Assembly: GCF_032062105.1 (NCBI RefSeq)
Contig: NW_026918705.1
Span: forward strand, 62,001 to 126,000
DNA: 64,000 nucleotides
Origin: Saccostrea cucullata
Taxonomy: Eukaryota
Reading direction: 5' to 3'
The translations under genes and the position numbers were made by a program. Below are positions 1 through 13,000 of this stretch, piece by piece (within the stretch, counting starts at the first letter, position 1; every line of letters begins with the position of its first letter). The notes beneath the pieces were generated by a model. The model was not told the DNA's origin and searched no databases. It saw only the letters and a list, made by a program, of their open reading frames with translations.

Positions 1-3000
1 AGTTGATTGGTTCGATGCAGAGAGGAATTGTGAAACTAACAGTTCCAGACTATTGACAGAGAGGGAATTTTCAGAAAAGGTCCTTACAGATGATATGTTT
101 ACTTCACATTCGTTCTGGATATATGGCGTTGCAGCATACACACCTTGGGCTAGAAACATAGGTATCGCATTATTTGTTACGATAAAAATAAATCTTCATA
201 CGTGTAGCTTTTTTAAAATTCATGTATTAACACTGATTATGAACATAAAATACGATATGATAATTGACGCATAATTAATGCATTATTTCTAGTCTTCTCA
301 TTTTGTCGCATGCATATGTACTTATTTGTCGAAAAACGATAAACAGTTAGCACATTATTTCTCCCCTAATAATTCAAGGTTGAGTGATGTTCAAATGAAC
401 ATTCTTCTGCAAGAACTGCAATAAGTTTGGACGTATCTTTTACATCCGAATTTTGCCTCTCGGTTCTAATTCCTGATTGCTTTGATAGGTTGTTGTGACA
501 TCTCAAATATATCATACATATCGTCATTCAGCAGTAAGCAAAATTCGGTTCTGCAATGCATGGAATTCTGTAAAGACACTCCCTATCTTGGACTAACTGT
601 GAGTATAATCCAATAGTACAATGCGTTTGGTTGGACATCGAGCGCATCAAAAATCTGATTTTCTTATTTTGAATGAATATACCTTAAGATTGTCAATGAA
701 AAAAGACGGTCCAATCATGTTTGTAAAAATTGCGAAAAATTACAAACTTCGTTTATTTTTTTTTCAGAAAGAAAATACAACAATTGACAAATGTTTTTGT
801 ATAGAAAATATTGATACACTGTCCTCGTCTTTCACGAACTCCAGTGATTGTGGAATGAATTGTCATGGAGAATACACAGACTTATGTGGAGGGCACGATC
901 GCTTGATTGTGTATGAAATAGGTACAAGTAAATAGTTCCCATCGGAAAACATTCTTCAAGACAAGAATTGAATTTTGTTTTAAAAATAATCTTTTCTATG
1001 CATATATGATTACCAATTGAAATTATTCCTGAAGTTAATAACTTTAAATGCTTCTTCTTTTTTTTACTTTAAAGCAATATGAGCTGCATTTTTGAGAATT
1101 TTATTTTACTGGTAAAATGTGCTATTGTGATTAATTTGTATGTCATTTAAACCCTTATGACCAATAAGCCCAAAATAAAATTTAGAAATGTTACAGAGGA
1201 AATTTTCCTGTACAACCGAATATACAGTATCATATGAGAAATCATATTGTACAGGACGACAATAATTCAATTTTGCTTCAAAGCTAATAAAAAAAATTCT
1301 ATCACAAATATGAACAACAGAAGTTTATAAATGTTTTATTTTTTTTTTCATTAAAATAGTTATAGTTACAAATTTCCAAAAAAAAAAAAAAAAAAATCCG
1401 ATTTCAAACATGCAGCTCATATATATTATTGCTTTAAACAATCCTGAAATCGAATTTTTTAAATTCAAAATTAGAAATATTGATTTTATATTATTGTAAT
1501 TTTTAACTGTAATTCATTACTTAATATCGTTTTACCAGATAGAAATAGTGTAGCTGACGGGATGTATAAAACATCGGTGGAATGTATGTGCCTGATAAAG
1601 CATCAAGACTATATGAGCATGCACTCCGGTGATTGTCTTATGGAGGCTACCGGTTATATATGTGAAACATGTGAGTTACTATGATAAAGCTGAAGTTCTG
1701 TTACATAGAAAACAATGCGTTGCTAAATATCTTGATTTATTATTACTATACATACTGAAATCTGCTTGGATCATAATCGAAGAGAAATCCATTTTAATGC
1801 TGTATTTGCTATACTTTTGAATGCATTAGGCTCACTTTTCTTTTTCGTAAATACAAGATTTAAAAGCTTGAAAATGACCATGTTAAAATGTCTTTTTTCA
1901 AGTAACTGGGATACGATCTATGTTATCTGCATCTAGGGACCATTATCATTTTGGTTTTATTTGCTGCTTCTACCAAAATAGGTGAAACTGGTAAGGAGAA
2001 TTGCACACAAGATGCTTACCTTGGTATGTTGGATTGGTATGAAGCTGCTGAGGAATGCCGGGAAAAGGGCGGGAATCTTGGAAACATGAAGTTTTCAGAT
2101 TATAGTAGTCTTTCAGAGGGTGCTTACTGGTATGGAAACAGACGATGGCTGAAAGAAGCGGATCCACAGAGTATATATTAATTTCACATTTAAACGCGCA
2201 TATCTTGAATTAAACCAAGGCATTAAATTGTTTTGTTGTTGAAAATCTATGAAATATGTTTATGTTCTTAATTTTCACTAACAGGAGCAAAAAAGTCTGA
2301 CACAGAAGGTTGCTTAAGCTGCAGAGCTAAAAATGGCAGTCCAGACTGCGTGTACAGTCAATGCAGTGAAAATTTACATGCACTATGCGCAGAAGGTAAA
2401 CATTTATATTAAAAAAAGTATATTTGTGGGTTAAAAATATGGACTTTTTTTGCATTTTTGATTTGCAGACAAGACTGTTTAACACAAAGACTTTGAATGG
2501 CGTTTGTGTCATGGCATTATTTTAAATGATAAACCAATAAGTTTCAGGTGTTGTAGCCCATCTGCCGATTTCACTACCCGGTACAATCTTCTAAATATCA
2601 TTTCAGTAAATTCAACAGAAGCTACCACTCATGAAAAGTCAACAGTCCATAACCATAAATTAATGACAACGATAAAATATGACACTGAATCTACCGGAGG
2701 TGTGAGTTTGATAATTTTTCCGACACTGGGTTCAGATAAACAGGACCAAGGGAAGGCTGAATTCCAAACCGAGCATGACGATCTCAACGCCAACGTTATC
2801 GCCGTGGTTGTGGCCTTGTTGGTAATATGTGGTGTGGTGGTCATGTTGATCATTACAAAATTGTGAGTTGTCTTTTTAATTCATTCGAACATTTTTTCGC
2901 ACCTTGGGGTGCAGGATTTGGCGGAAAAACCTGACTCAAGTGTTTTTCCTTTTTTCAAGTCTCATACCTCACTGTATTTCATTGGAATTAATTAATAAAC

Positions 3001-3411
3001 AAATTAATTTTAAAAATATAGAACTGTTACAATAATTATTGCTCTGTTATTGTTTTTTCTGCTAAATACTCATTAATATTGACGCAGTTGGCATAATAAA
3101 CTTCACTATACACTTTATTTCACACGTGCTGTGTGGTCTTGGCGTAGTAAACAGAGAAATAACAATTTCATTTTAGACGGAAGAATGAAAAAGTGACATC
3201 AGATGTTACAGACCTAATAGATACGAAAAATGGGCCAACCAAATTCTCCTTTCTAAAGGAAAACGACAGTAGACCATCATCATTTAGTCACGTGACAGTT
3301 GAAAGGCAGAGGAGTTTCTCTAATCCCAGCTTTATGGATCATGATGTGGACATTTTAGCCAAAAGTTTAGACAATGAACCAAACCATCAAGATGTTGATC
3401 AAACTAATTAG
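1..3411 (+). CDS. Single-pass membrane protein with C-type-lectin-like domains and a WSC domain (5' end outside window)
   Basis: Phase-consistent GT-AG exons: <1-161, 489-598, 768-921, 1539-1670, 1982-2170, 2285-2395, 2607-2862, 3177-3411(stop). CTLD-like motifs WFDAERNC...FWIYG and WYEAAEECREKGGNL...YWYG; WSC pattern GCC...QCMEFC...YLGL...CFC...CGMNCHG...CGG...IVYE; Thr/Ser-rich stalk; TM helix VIAVVVALLVICGVVVMLII; cytoplasmic tail. Confidence 0.8.
1073..1433. mobile_element. TTAA-flanked MITE (Kolobok-like)
   Basis: TTAA|AGCAATATGAGCTGCAT ... ATGCAGCTCATATATATTATTGCT|TTAA: imperfect TIRs, TTAA target, RR...YY ends. Confidence 0.6.
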
Positions 3412-3423
3412 TGAAAAATTATG

Positions 3424-3452
<29 letters not shown>
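3424..3452. repeat. (CT)n microsatellite in 3' UTR
   Basis: About 14 CT units just after the stop codon at 3411. Confidence 0.9.
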
Positions 3453-3455
<3 letters not shown>

Positions 3456-4441
3456 CAAAAATGAACAAAATTTTGAAAGAGGATTCATACAAGATAATCA
3501 TACTGTCTTGACAAATACTTAATATAGACTGCCATTATGATTTTTTTTTCATTTATTGGTTATTAATGTAGAAGATAATTCTTTATTGCATAACATACAT
3601 GTGTAAATTCAAATAGGGAAACAATTGCAAAATTATTAAATATTTTGTTGATCTATTTACCATCAAGTTTCTGTATTAAACATAAGCACCATGCACTGCA
3701 GTACGTGGAATTAGCAATAGATGGTATATTGCAATTACTCTTTAATGTTACTTTTAAAGTATGCTTGTCTTGTTACATAATATGCGGATGATATGTGAAG
3801 GAATTAGCACATTATGTAACAAAAATAAAGATTTTTTTTATTATTCTTGGAGTTGCGTAAAACACTAATTCTGAATGAGGAAATGACCATTAATGTTATA
3901 ATTAGATGTTCATTTTGTAATCATTTAGCAACACGTGACAGATATGAACCGCTACGCCAATTCAAGGTCAATAGTTTAAAAAATAATAAATTTGAACATT
4001 CTCTGTGACTTCTGTATCTTAACTTTTCTAAATCAAATTAATTTTGTCAATTGTTATTATAAAATAGAATTATTATACAATGCAAAAATTAATGTGAATT
4101 TTATTAAGAATCTTGCTAGATTCTGGCGGCCTTGAATTAAAAATATAATCCCGGAATAATCATTATATCATGGTGATGCATGGTTTTTCGTTACGTAATT
4201 GGCATTAAAAAAATAATTAATTTATACAACAGCTTTTCAAAGTGCAACTGTTTATCTAAATTTGACCTCGGATCTGTATGTATAATTAAATAGCATATCT
4301 AGGTTTTATAAATCAATAAAATTCTCCCACACAAGGTCTTTCTGTTGAGAATCTTGAACCACTTGATAGACATAAGGAAGTCGTATATAATGTTGGGAAT
4401 AGTGTATTCATTTGTCCGACTTTTCTCTTGTTATGTGTTCT

Positions 4442-6480
4442 GGAAACCTAGGTCTGCTACGGCAAGCATCAGTCATTTAATTTATGAAACTCTACCTTTG
4501 TAAGCTTGTAAAAAATGGTTTGGGAAGGGTTTCCTGTAAATAAAAACAATTAACAGATGGACTTTGCATCTCTTTGAGGATGCACAAGTTTTATAAACAA
4601 AAGATTCATTGTCGATGTATTGAATTTGATGCGAAGTGGACGTAACCTTTATTGCAGGAAGATAAAAAATATGAAGCTGAGGTCAGATTGATCTTGTTTC
4701 TAAAATTTTTATTCTGATGTATTTTAAAGATGCAAGCTTAATTTAGCACAAACGCTAAATTAAAATAATAATAATAACTGGAGAAAAACCCCTAATTAAT
4801 TGCAGGGAAATTATCTTGATAAGAATTTCCGGTTAATCTGCACGTTGCTGCATGAATGCAACGAATTAAGGACATGATTAAACGTAACGTTATTAGCAGA
4901 CCTATTTTTGTATTCATATAAATCAGGATTTATTCAAAGTCTCGTACATGAGAAGAGGAAAACACTTGCTGTGGCCTTCAACTCGACATTTTAAATACCT
5001 ACGTATTGTCAGTTAATATTATAGTTACTTCTATTTGTTTATCCCACTGAGCTTGAAATAAAAGATACCACTGGATTTGACACATTTTTTTCATAACTGG
5101 ATATTCTACCATAAAAGGCAAGACAAGACTTTAAGGGTAACATATCAACAAATTTAAAACTTTACAATAAAAGTGAATTTTTTTCAATCGTCAACTTCCT
5201 CTACCTGTGTAGCAATATACACTTATCACCTGTATTTGAGGTTGATTTGATACTCTAGATCATATCCTAAGTACGTATAATTTTTGAAATGATGTACTTT
5301 ATTGACAAACAAGTTGATGGAACAAGAATATCAACAGTCTCGTTTAAAGTCATTATTACGCGTGTTCTATGGTTGATACAATGACCCTGTCAGTCAATAC
5401 AATCTATTATGAAGATGAATGCTGACATTTTTTTTTCATATTAATTATAAGGCCATTATTTACCCATTGAATTGTTTACGGAAACCTAGGTCTGCTACGG
5501 CAAGCATCAGTCATTTAATTTATGAAACTCTACCTTTGTAAGCTTGTAAAAAATGGTTTGTGAAGGGTTTTCTGTAAATAAAAACAATTAACAGATGGAC
5601 TTTGCATCTCTTTGAGGATGCACAAGTTTTATAAACAAAAGATTCATTGTCGATGTATTGAATTTGATGCAAAGTGGACGTAACCTTTATTGCAGGAAGA
5701 TAAAAATATAAAGCTGAGGTCAGATTGATCTTGTTTCTAAAATTTTTATTCTGATGTATTTTAAAGATATAAACTTAACTTTAGCACAAAAGCTAAATTA
5801 AAATGATAATTGGAAAAACCCCTAACTAATTGCAGGGAAATTATCTTGATAAGAATTTCCGGTTAATCTGCACGTTGCTGCATGAATGCAACGAATAAGG
5901 ACATGGCAATAGGTAACGTTATTAACAGACCTATTTTTGTATTCATATAAATCAGGATTTATTCAAAGTCTCGTACATGAGAAGAGGAAAACACTTGCTG
6001 TGGCCTTCAACTCGACATTTTAAATACCTACGTATTGTCAGTTAATATTATAGTTACTTCTATTTGTTTATCCCACTAAGCTTGAAATAAAAGATACCAC
6101 TGGATTTGACACACCTGTTTCATAATTGGATATTCTACCATAAAAGGCAAGACAAGACTTTAAGGGTAACATATCAACAAATTTAAAACTTTACAATAAA
6201 AGTGAATTTTTTTCAATCGTCAACTTCCTCTACCTGTGCAGCAATATACACTTTTCACCTGTATTTGAGGTTGATTTGATACTCTAGATCATATCCTAAG
6301 TACGTATAATTTCTGAAATGATGTACTTTATTGACAAACAAGTTGATGTAAAAAGATTATCAACAGTCTCGTTTACAATACAATGACCTTGTCAGTCAAT
6401 GCAATCCATTATTAAGATGAATGCTGACATTTTTTCATATTAATTATAAAGCCATTATTTACCCACTGAATTGTCAACGG
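4442..6480 (+). repeat. Tandem duplication, period ~1038 bp
   Basis: GGAAACCTAGGTCTGCTACGGCAAGC starts at 4442 and again at 5480; copies are colinear with scattered substitutions and a ~30-bp deletion in copy 2. Confidence 0.95.
4895..5479 (+). mobile_element. Degenerate Penelope-like reverse-transcriptase remnant (second copy ~5925-6480)
   Basis: Broken frames read ADLFLYSY...FIQ.L..EKRKTLAVAFNSTF, YP.ELEIKDTT, FSIVNFLYLCSNI, LLTNKLMEQEYQQSRLKS, as in bivalve Penelope-type RTs; the YIDD region is destroyed. Confidence 0.7.
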
Positions 6481-6894
6481 ATTTTTCCGGGGTTTGTTTT
6501 TCAATTTCAATATTTTAATTCAGTTTATCCTCATATTGTGTAAAACAACAAAGAGAAGATCTAACAAAAATATCAAACAAAATACGTGATGCAAGAGTAT
6601 ACAGTTTACAATAACCTGGAAGGATAATCCATATTAACTATAATTAAAAGATTAAGTATTAGCTCACAAAATTTGAGTTTAAGTTTCTAAATAATGTTAA
6701 AATTTTTGAATCCCCATATTCTGTAACCATAAAGAAGGATAGGGATAACCATTTTATCAAATACATCAAATTGACAATCGATGTACAAGTTCAATTCTGT
6801 AGGTCTTTGAATTATGGCGTACATTACACTGGATGCTCTTTGTTCATATATTTTCTCGTATTATATATATAAGGATCCAGTTCTTGAAAATGGT

Positions 6895-7056
6895 GCACGT
6901 AGTGGGTATGACCGGTCGGCATGGAAAGCTTTCTCCTATATGGCACCTGACCTAACATCTCCTGTATTAGTGGTCCGTGTTTGCTCTGCTCATGATTTGT
7001 GTTGTTTGAATAGACTTTTGAGGTTGAATACTGTTCGTTATCTCCATGTTTCATTT
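6895..7056 (+). mobile_element. 3' end remnant of a Penelope-type element
   Basis: GTATGACCGGTCGGCATGG...GGCACCTGA...GGTCCGTGTTTGC...CTGTTCGTTATCTCCATGTTTCAT resembles a common oyster Penelope-type terminus; a reverse remnant lies at ~37320-37390. Confidence 0.5.
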
Positions 7057-7482
7057 CTCATTCCTTTTCAAATTAATGAAACCTTAAATTTCTCAAAGAG
7101 TACCTTTTCTCTATAAAATCAAAAAATCAAATTAAATTGTAATGAAAGACAGTCTTAATTTAAGATACTAGTATGGGTAAAAAATAAAAAAAATAAAATC
7201 TGAATATTGGTCTGTGCAGCTCAGATAAACAGACTCAATCTGACTACTATCTATATAACATGCAGGGTTTCCGGTTTCCATTTCTACTCAAGTCATGACT
7301 ATCCTTATTTCTAATGCTGCATTTTTTACTGTAGACTTGCAGACGAAAGTCTTAGCTTTCAGGGGGTTATGTATCTTCCAGGGCTAAGGTTACATAAGAA
7401 GGAGGGATTGTAGCTGTTTCTAAATATAAAATTCCTCCTGGTACTATTTTCATTGATCTATACTGGAGTTTCTCCTGAGCCA

Positions 7483-8120
7483 AGCCCTCCAGCGTAGCAG
7501 CAGTCAATATTGTTTGATGACGGGTGATATTCCAAAAGAAATGTTGACTGCGCTGAATTTATGCGCGTATTAATTATAAGATTCACTGTAAATATGTATT
7601 TGTATAAAACATTCAGTATAATATTGTAATAAATGTTGCATGAAGTTGAGAATAACATTTAAAATTTTCGCTCCTCGAAAACCATTGTCAACCGAGGCGC
7701 AACCAAGTTTTCTTGGCGTGAAATTTTTCAATATTATACTTTCATGTAAATTAGTTGAATCTGATTGGTCGAGAAACATTTGATAAAAAACACTATTACC
7801 CGCCCTCCAGCGTAGCAACAGTCAACATTGCTTGACGACGGCTGATATTCCAAAAAATAGCGACTGCGCAGAATTTGTGCGCGCGCGGTTCACTGTTATA
7901 TGTTTTTGTATAAAACATTCAGTATAACATAATAAATATTGCATGTAGTTGAGTGTAACATTGAAAATTTTGACCCCAAGAAAACCATTGTCAACCTAGG
8001 CGCAATTGTCAACCTCGGCTGCGCCTCGGTTGACAATGGTTTTCTTGGGGTCAAAATTTTCAATGTTACACTCAACTTCATGCAATATTTATATAATGTT
8101 ACACTCAACTACATGCAATA
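7483..8120. mobile_element. Hairpin-terminated non-autonomous element (Crypton-like), two tandem partial copies plus a foldback
   Basis: Direct repeat GCCCTCCAGCGTAGCA... near 7484 and 7802; ~65-bp inverted arms 7932-7996 / 8028-8092; central CCTCGGCTGCGCCTCGG hairpin. Confidence 0.55.
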
Positions 8121-8264
8121 TGTATATAGTGATAAGTGTATATGAAAAGATAATTAGGATTATATCATATACAACACAAACAATTTTTATTAAGATAAAA
8201 TAAAAATTAAAGGTTTTCTAAAAAAAAAACAAAACAAAAAAAAAAAAAAAAAAAAAAAAATCAA

Positions 8265-8675
8265 TTTTTATGCCCCATATTGCTTTGCTGCTGTCTGTCG
8301 GTCTGTCGGTCCACTTAGTTTCCGTTCATTTTCTTCGCAACCGATGCACATACTGAAATGAATTTTGGTATACAGATATATCACGTATATGTAGGTCAAG
8401 TTCTGTTTTGGGGACGATCGCACCATTTTTGACAGAGTTATGTCCCTTGGACTTAGAAAAATTCCAATTATTTGCAGTTTCCGTTCATTTTTTTGCTGAG
8501 GTTGCATATACTGAGATGAAATTTGGTATACAGATTTATCAGATAAATATCTTGGTCAAGTTCTGTTTTGGGTACAATTGCCCCATTTTTGACAGATCGA
8601 TTTATGCCCTTTTGGATTTAGAAAAATTCCAATTTGGGGGGAGGGGGCATAAGTGTTTTACAAACACCTCTTGTT
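8265..8675 (+). mobile_element. Helentron-associated (HINE/pearl-like) element, ~161-bp core family
   Basis: (CTGT/CGGT)n microsatellite, core AGTTTCCGTTCATTTTC...GGACTTAGAAAAATTCC, 3' GGGGGCAT + GTGTTTTACAAACAC palindrome + CTTGTT; same family at 19400 and 22097. Confidence 0.8.
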
Positions 8676-10018
8676 TTTTGTCAGGGTATACTAAAAGTCT
8701 TTATTTTCTGCATGTATTTTGATATTCATCAGCAACGCGACCAAGGCTGAGTTCAATGATCCGGGTAGATCAGTCGACCCCCGCAATTGGACGTAAATAT
8801 AGAATCCATGGAAGCCCGGATGGAGATCACAAATAAGGTTTGTTAATTGACAGATTAACCAGGAAATAACGGAGTACCTTTCATTCTTATAAACATCGTT
8901 AATACACATCATTTTTTCAAGGTGTACAAAAATACTTGTACATATAAAACTCTGAAAGTAATATTTTAGGCAGAGTTAATAATAAAGTTACTTTTCAAAA
9001 ATAACAACGGGAATTTAAGCCATGATTCGTATATGTATTCAAAACCTATTCAGGTGATGTAGAAACCTGTGTGTTCAAATCATGTACCTGCGGTAGGATA
9101 AGGCTTCAAAAGTATATCAAATGTAGGAATCACTTTAACAATTAACTGCTCAAACTGAACCGAAATCTGATTTTTTTTTCTAGCCAAAGTTTCAGGTGGG
9201 CAAATTTTCAAGATTTCAAAAAATCTAAAAAAGAATATTTGGTTAATTTTTTTTTAACTGTCATGCATATGAACATAAAAAAGAGACTTTTTCAAATATG
9301 TTCAGATTTAATTCTTATAAAATATCTATGAATATCAGTATTTGATACATATCTTATATTTATCGTTTTAAATGGACGCCCATACATGTAGTGTTACCTG
9401 ACAGGTCAAGTTCAGCTAGATTACCTTTAAATTATTCAGAGAGTGATTTCTCGTTAATTGGTGGTAGTTTATAAATTATAGTTCCCTGGCAATATATTTT
9501 ATTTGTCGTTAAACTGACACTTGCCAAAGATCAGTGAGCAGGGACACCTCCCCCCTTCCCCGAATTAGCAACTTGTGTACTCACAAATAAAACACAGCTC
9601 TCAGAACTTTCGGTACTTTGATTAAAAATTACATTGATTTTAATTTTAACATTTTATTTTTTTTTAAGTCTCATCATTCAGAGCGAGAATGTAGGGTAGC
9701 ATAAATTTAAGATTTTCCCCCTTACTCGTCTATGTAATATTAATAGCAAAATCGAGTTCGATAAGCAACTCATTGCGGAGATTTGTGTTATCAAAGGAAA
9801 ACTTTTTTTTATTTAATCGTTAAACAGCTGTTTAACGTTTAACAATCCGGAGGATTCATATACCCTAGCCAATATGTTCTATTTTTTTTTTAATTTAGAA
9901 CATTATTTTTGATAGTTATTTTGAGAACTGTTGTGTTCTGTGTTTTACAGGGTCCTTTTGGGTATATCAACGCGCCTAAATTTAAGCGTTCACGTCACCC
10001 AAGTTTGTTTTGATAAAG

Positions 10019-13000
10019 ATGGCGCTGAATTTGTTTTTTCCTGCTGTACTGCTTTTATTTTCCTTTACAGTCATAAATACTAATAGCATTGATGGGTGTA
10101 TTGTAGGGGGAACAGAATGTAAGTAGGCCTGTACTTTCATCTCTTAAAAGAGATCTCAATGCAGTTTAATTCGGAATGGACAGGGAGCCATCTTACTCTT
10201 CGAGTAGATCAAGAACAATCAGTACATATAATATCATAAGCTATGTAGCTTTGATTACATACATGGCCTTATTAAGCTACTCAAAGAAGTTTTATTTAGA
10301 TATTATATTTGCATATACGAGATATCGTAGATACAGTTTTTGTTTAGTTCAAACAGTTAACTGCGTCAAGTGTTTATATAAGACATCAGTGTGGAAAAGA
10401 AGAATGAGTTAACGTTGATTGTCATAATTACTTTTAATGAAAACATAGGACTGGACGTTGAATTGAACTTGGGACCCTGCATTACTAGTCAGGTACTCTA
10501 AACACTGAGCTATGTAGACCGATATCCATCATCCAGCCTAAATTCATTCATTCCTCCCTCTTTAAACAGCTATGCCCAAAGACAAAACACAAGTTCACCA
10601 TGTCAGGACAGGATTTTACATTTATTACATACATAATTATATTTTGTCTGAACAGGGTAGCTAGCAGCACCATTGAAAGATAAAGATAATTCAGAAATTA
10701 CATATAATATTATTGAAAACATATGGCAGAATTGAATCCAGTACCCTGCATAACAAGTCAGGTGACCACTGAGCTATCCAGGCTGATGTACTTAGTCCAG
10801 CCTAAATTCCTAAATATATATGTACATGTAAAATCAAGTGAAAGTTTAAATTAAGCATTTATAACCATGCAATCAACTATTCCCAGAAAATGGAATAGCA
10901 GCTACATGTAGGTTGCCATCTAAAAAAAACAAAAAAAAACTTGATATAGGTTTAAACTTACAACCAAACAGGTTGACCATAATACTTTCACTACAGCAAT
11001 GTTTCTAATTAATACAAACCTTTAAAGATTACAACATGTTTCTTGCTTTTATTTATACATCAAGTTATTACTCAAAAATGCATTACTTCCACAAAACAGG
11101 AAATTTATCTATTTGTAGACCATATAATGATAAATGATTATGTGTTTTAATGTAAAGGTATAATGGTATATTTTCCCATTTTAGGTTTTGAATTTAATGT
11201 ATTAAAAGATCGAACAGTTGACCATGTTTCGGTGAAAAGTGAATATGATGATGATGACGAGCCTTATTATTGGAAGATTTACTGCTTTAAAGGACTTTCA
11301 GAGTCGGTCATTTTCTTGTGGGTGAATCCTGTGGTATGTTAAATTTCAAATATTGATAGATATGTATGCATGTATCTTTGTGAATCATGTTTATCAGATA
11401 TTATAAAAGAGTATAACCCCATTTATATCTAAAAACGTGACAGTTTCTTAATAAACACCATGCCCTACATGAATAGCAAAAATACAATAAAGCAAAATCG
11501 ACCATAATTAACATCTCATTCAATAGAATTATTTCATTACAATTTATTTTGTTGGATATACTCTGACTCAAAATACACATGTAGATTACTTGATAAGTTT
11601 TTCTTCCTTTTCTTCTTTTTATACCCCTGCTCCGAAGGAGAGGGGTGTATACTGTTTTACCCTTGTGTGTCTGTCTAGCTGTGTGTCTGTCCGTAACAAA
11701 TTTTCGTCGCAGTTTTCTCAGCAACTACTCATTGTAGATGCTTGAAATTTTAACACAATCTTCTCTGAGGCATGCCATATGGTGGGAAACATTTTTGTAC
11801 AAATCTGATGTCAACTTCCTCTTTGTCTGTCCATTTCATACATAACAAAATTTTGTCACAAGTTTCTCAGCAACTACTCATCGCAGATGCTTGAAATTTT
11901 AACACAATCTTCCCTAAGGCATGCCATACGGTTGGACACATTTTTGGTCAAATCCTCAATGTCAACTTCCTATTTGTCTGTGCATCCGTCTGTTTCATAC
12001 ATAAATTTTCGTTGCAGTTTTCTCATTAACTATTCATAGCAGATGCTTAATTTTAGTACAATCACGCACTCTTCGTTGAGGCATGCCATATGGTGGGATT
12101 AATTTTGATATGAATCTGATGTCAACTTCAAATTTTTCTGTGTGTCTGCCTGTAATTGAACTTGTGTATATTAACATGATAGTGTAATTGAACTTGTGTA
12201 TATTAACATGATAGTGTTTATTTACATCAGAGCAGGGGTATTACTAGTGAGCATTGGCTCACAGATTTCTTGTTTTCACTGATAAATGTTTTTTGAAAAA
12301 ACACAGATATACACATTTATTCTTCTGTGGCTCTAACTTCAACATCCTCATGGATGTACATTAATTGCCGCAAAATAAAATTATGTAATAAATCTTGTCT
12401 AAAAGCAGAAAAGATAAGTTTGTATCCCCCCCCCCAAAAAAAACTCCGAAGGTCAAGGTCAAACCTACTTCATTGTGAAGGATACACAGCTTATATGATA
12501 TAGATGATTTTTTTTTATCCAATCAAATAACATGTTTCAATGAAAATTAAACTATTTTGTGATAATTTAAAAAATATTTCAAATGTATTTCAGATGAAAC
12601 TTAATTTTAGTCATGTACCAAGTCATTTTAAGACAGTCCGGGGAAAAACTGTACAGGAAGTCAAAGATCAAAGAGATTCCTTCAGCCCGGTATACAGTGT
12701 CCTCCAAAAGTTGAGACTGGTTGTTCAGAGAGAGGTGGAAGAAGTACCATTTATTGCTTTTAACCAGAGCTGTATTGGTGTCCAGTCAGACACACCATTC
12801 ACTGTCAAATTTTTAATCAAAAGTATAGTTTTAGCTTTGTTTCTTTCATTCTTTAAATTTTAAGTAAAATCAAGCTTTTGTGTACTGGAAATAAATGTTT
12901 TGTTGTTCATACAATATAAAGGAGGAGGAAAAGGAAGTGTCATTTTAGTACAAGACTATGTCCTGGATTTAATTTATGACCTTTAAGTAAACACTAGATT

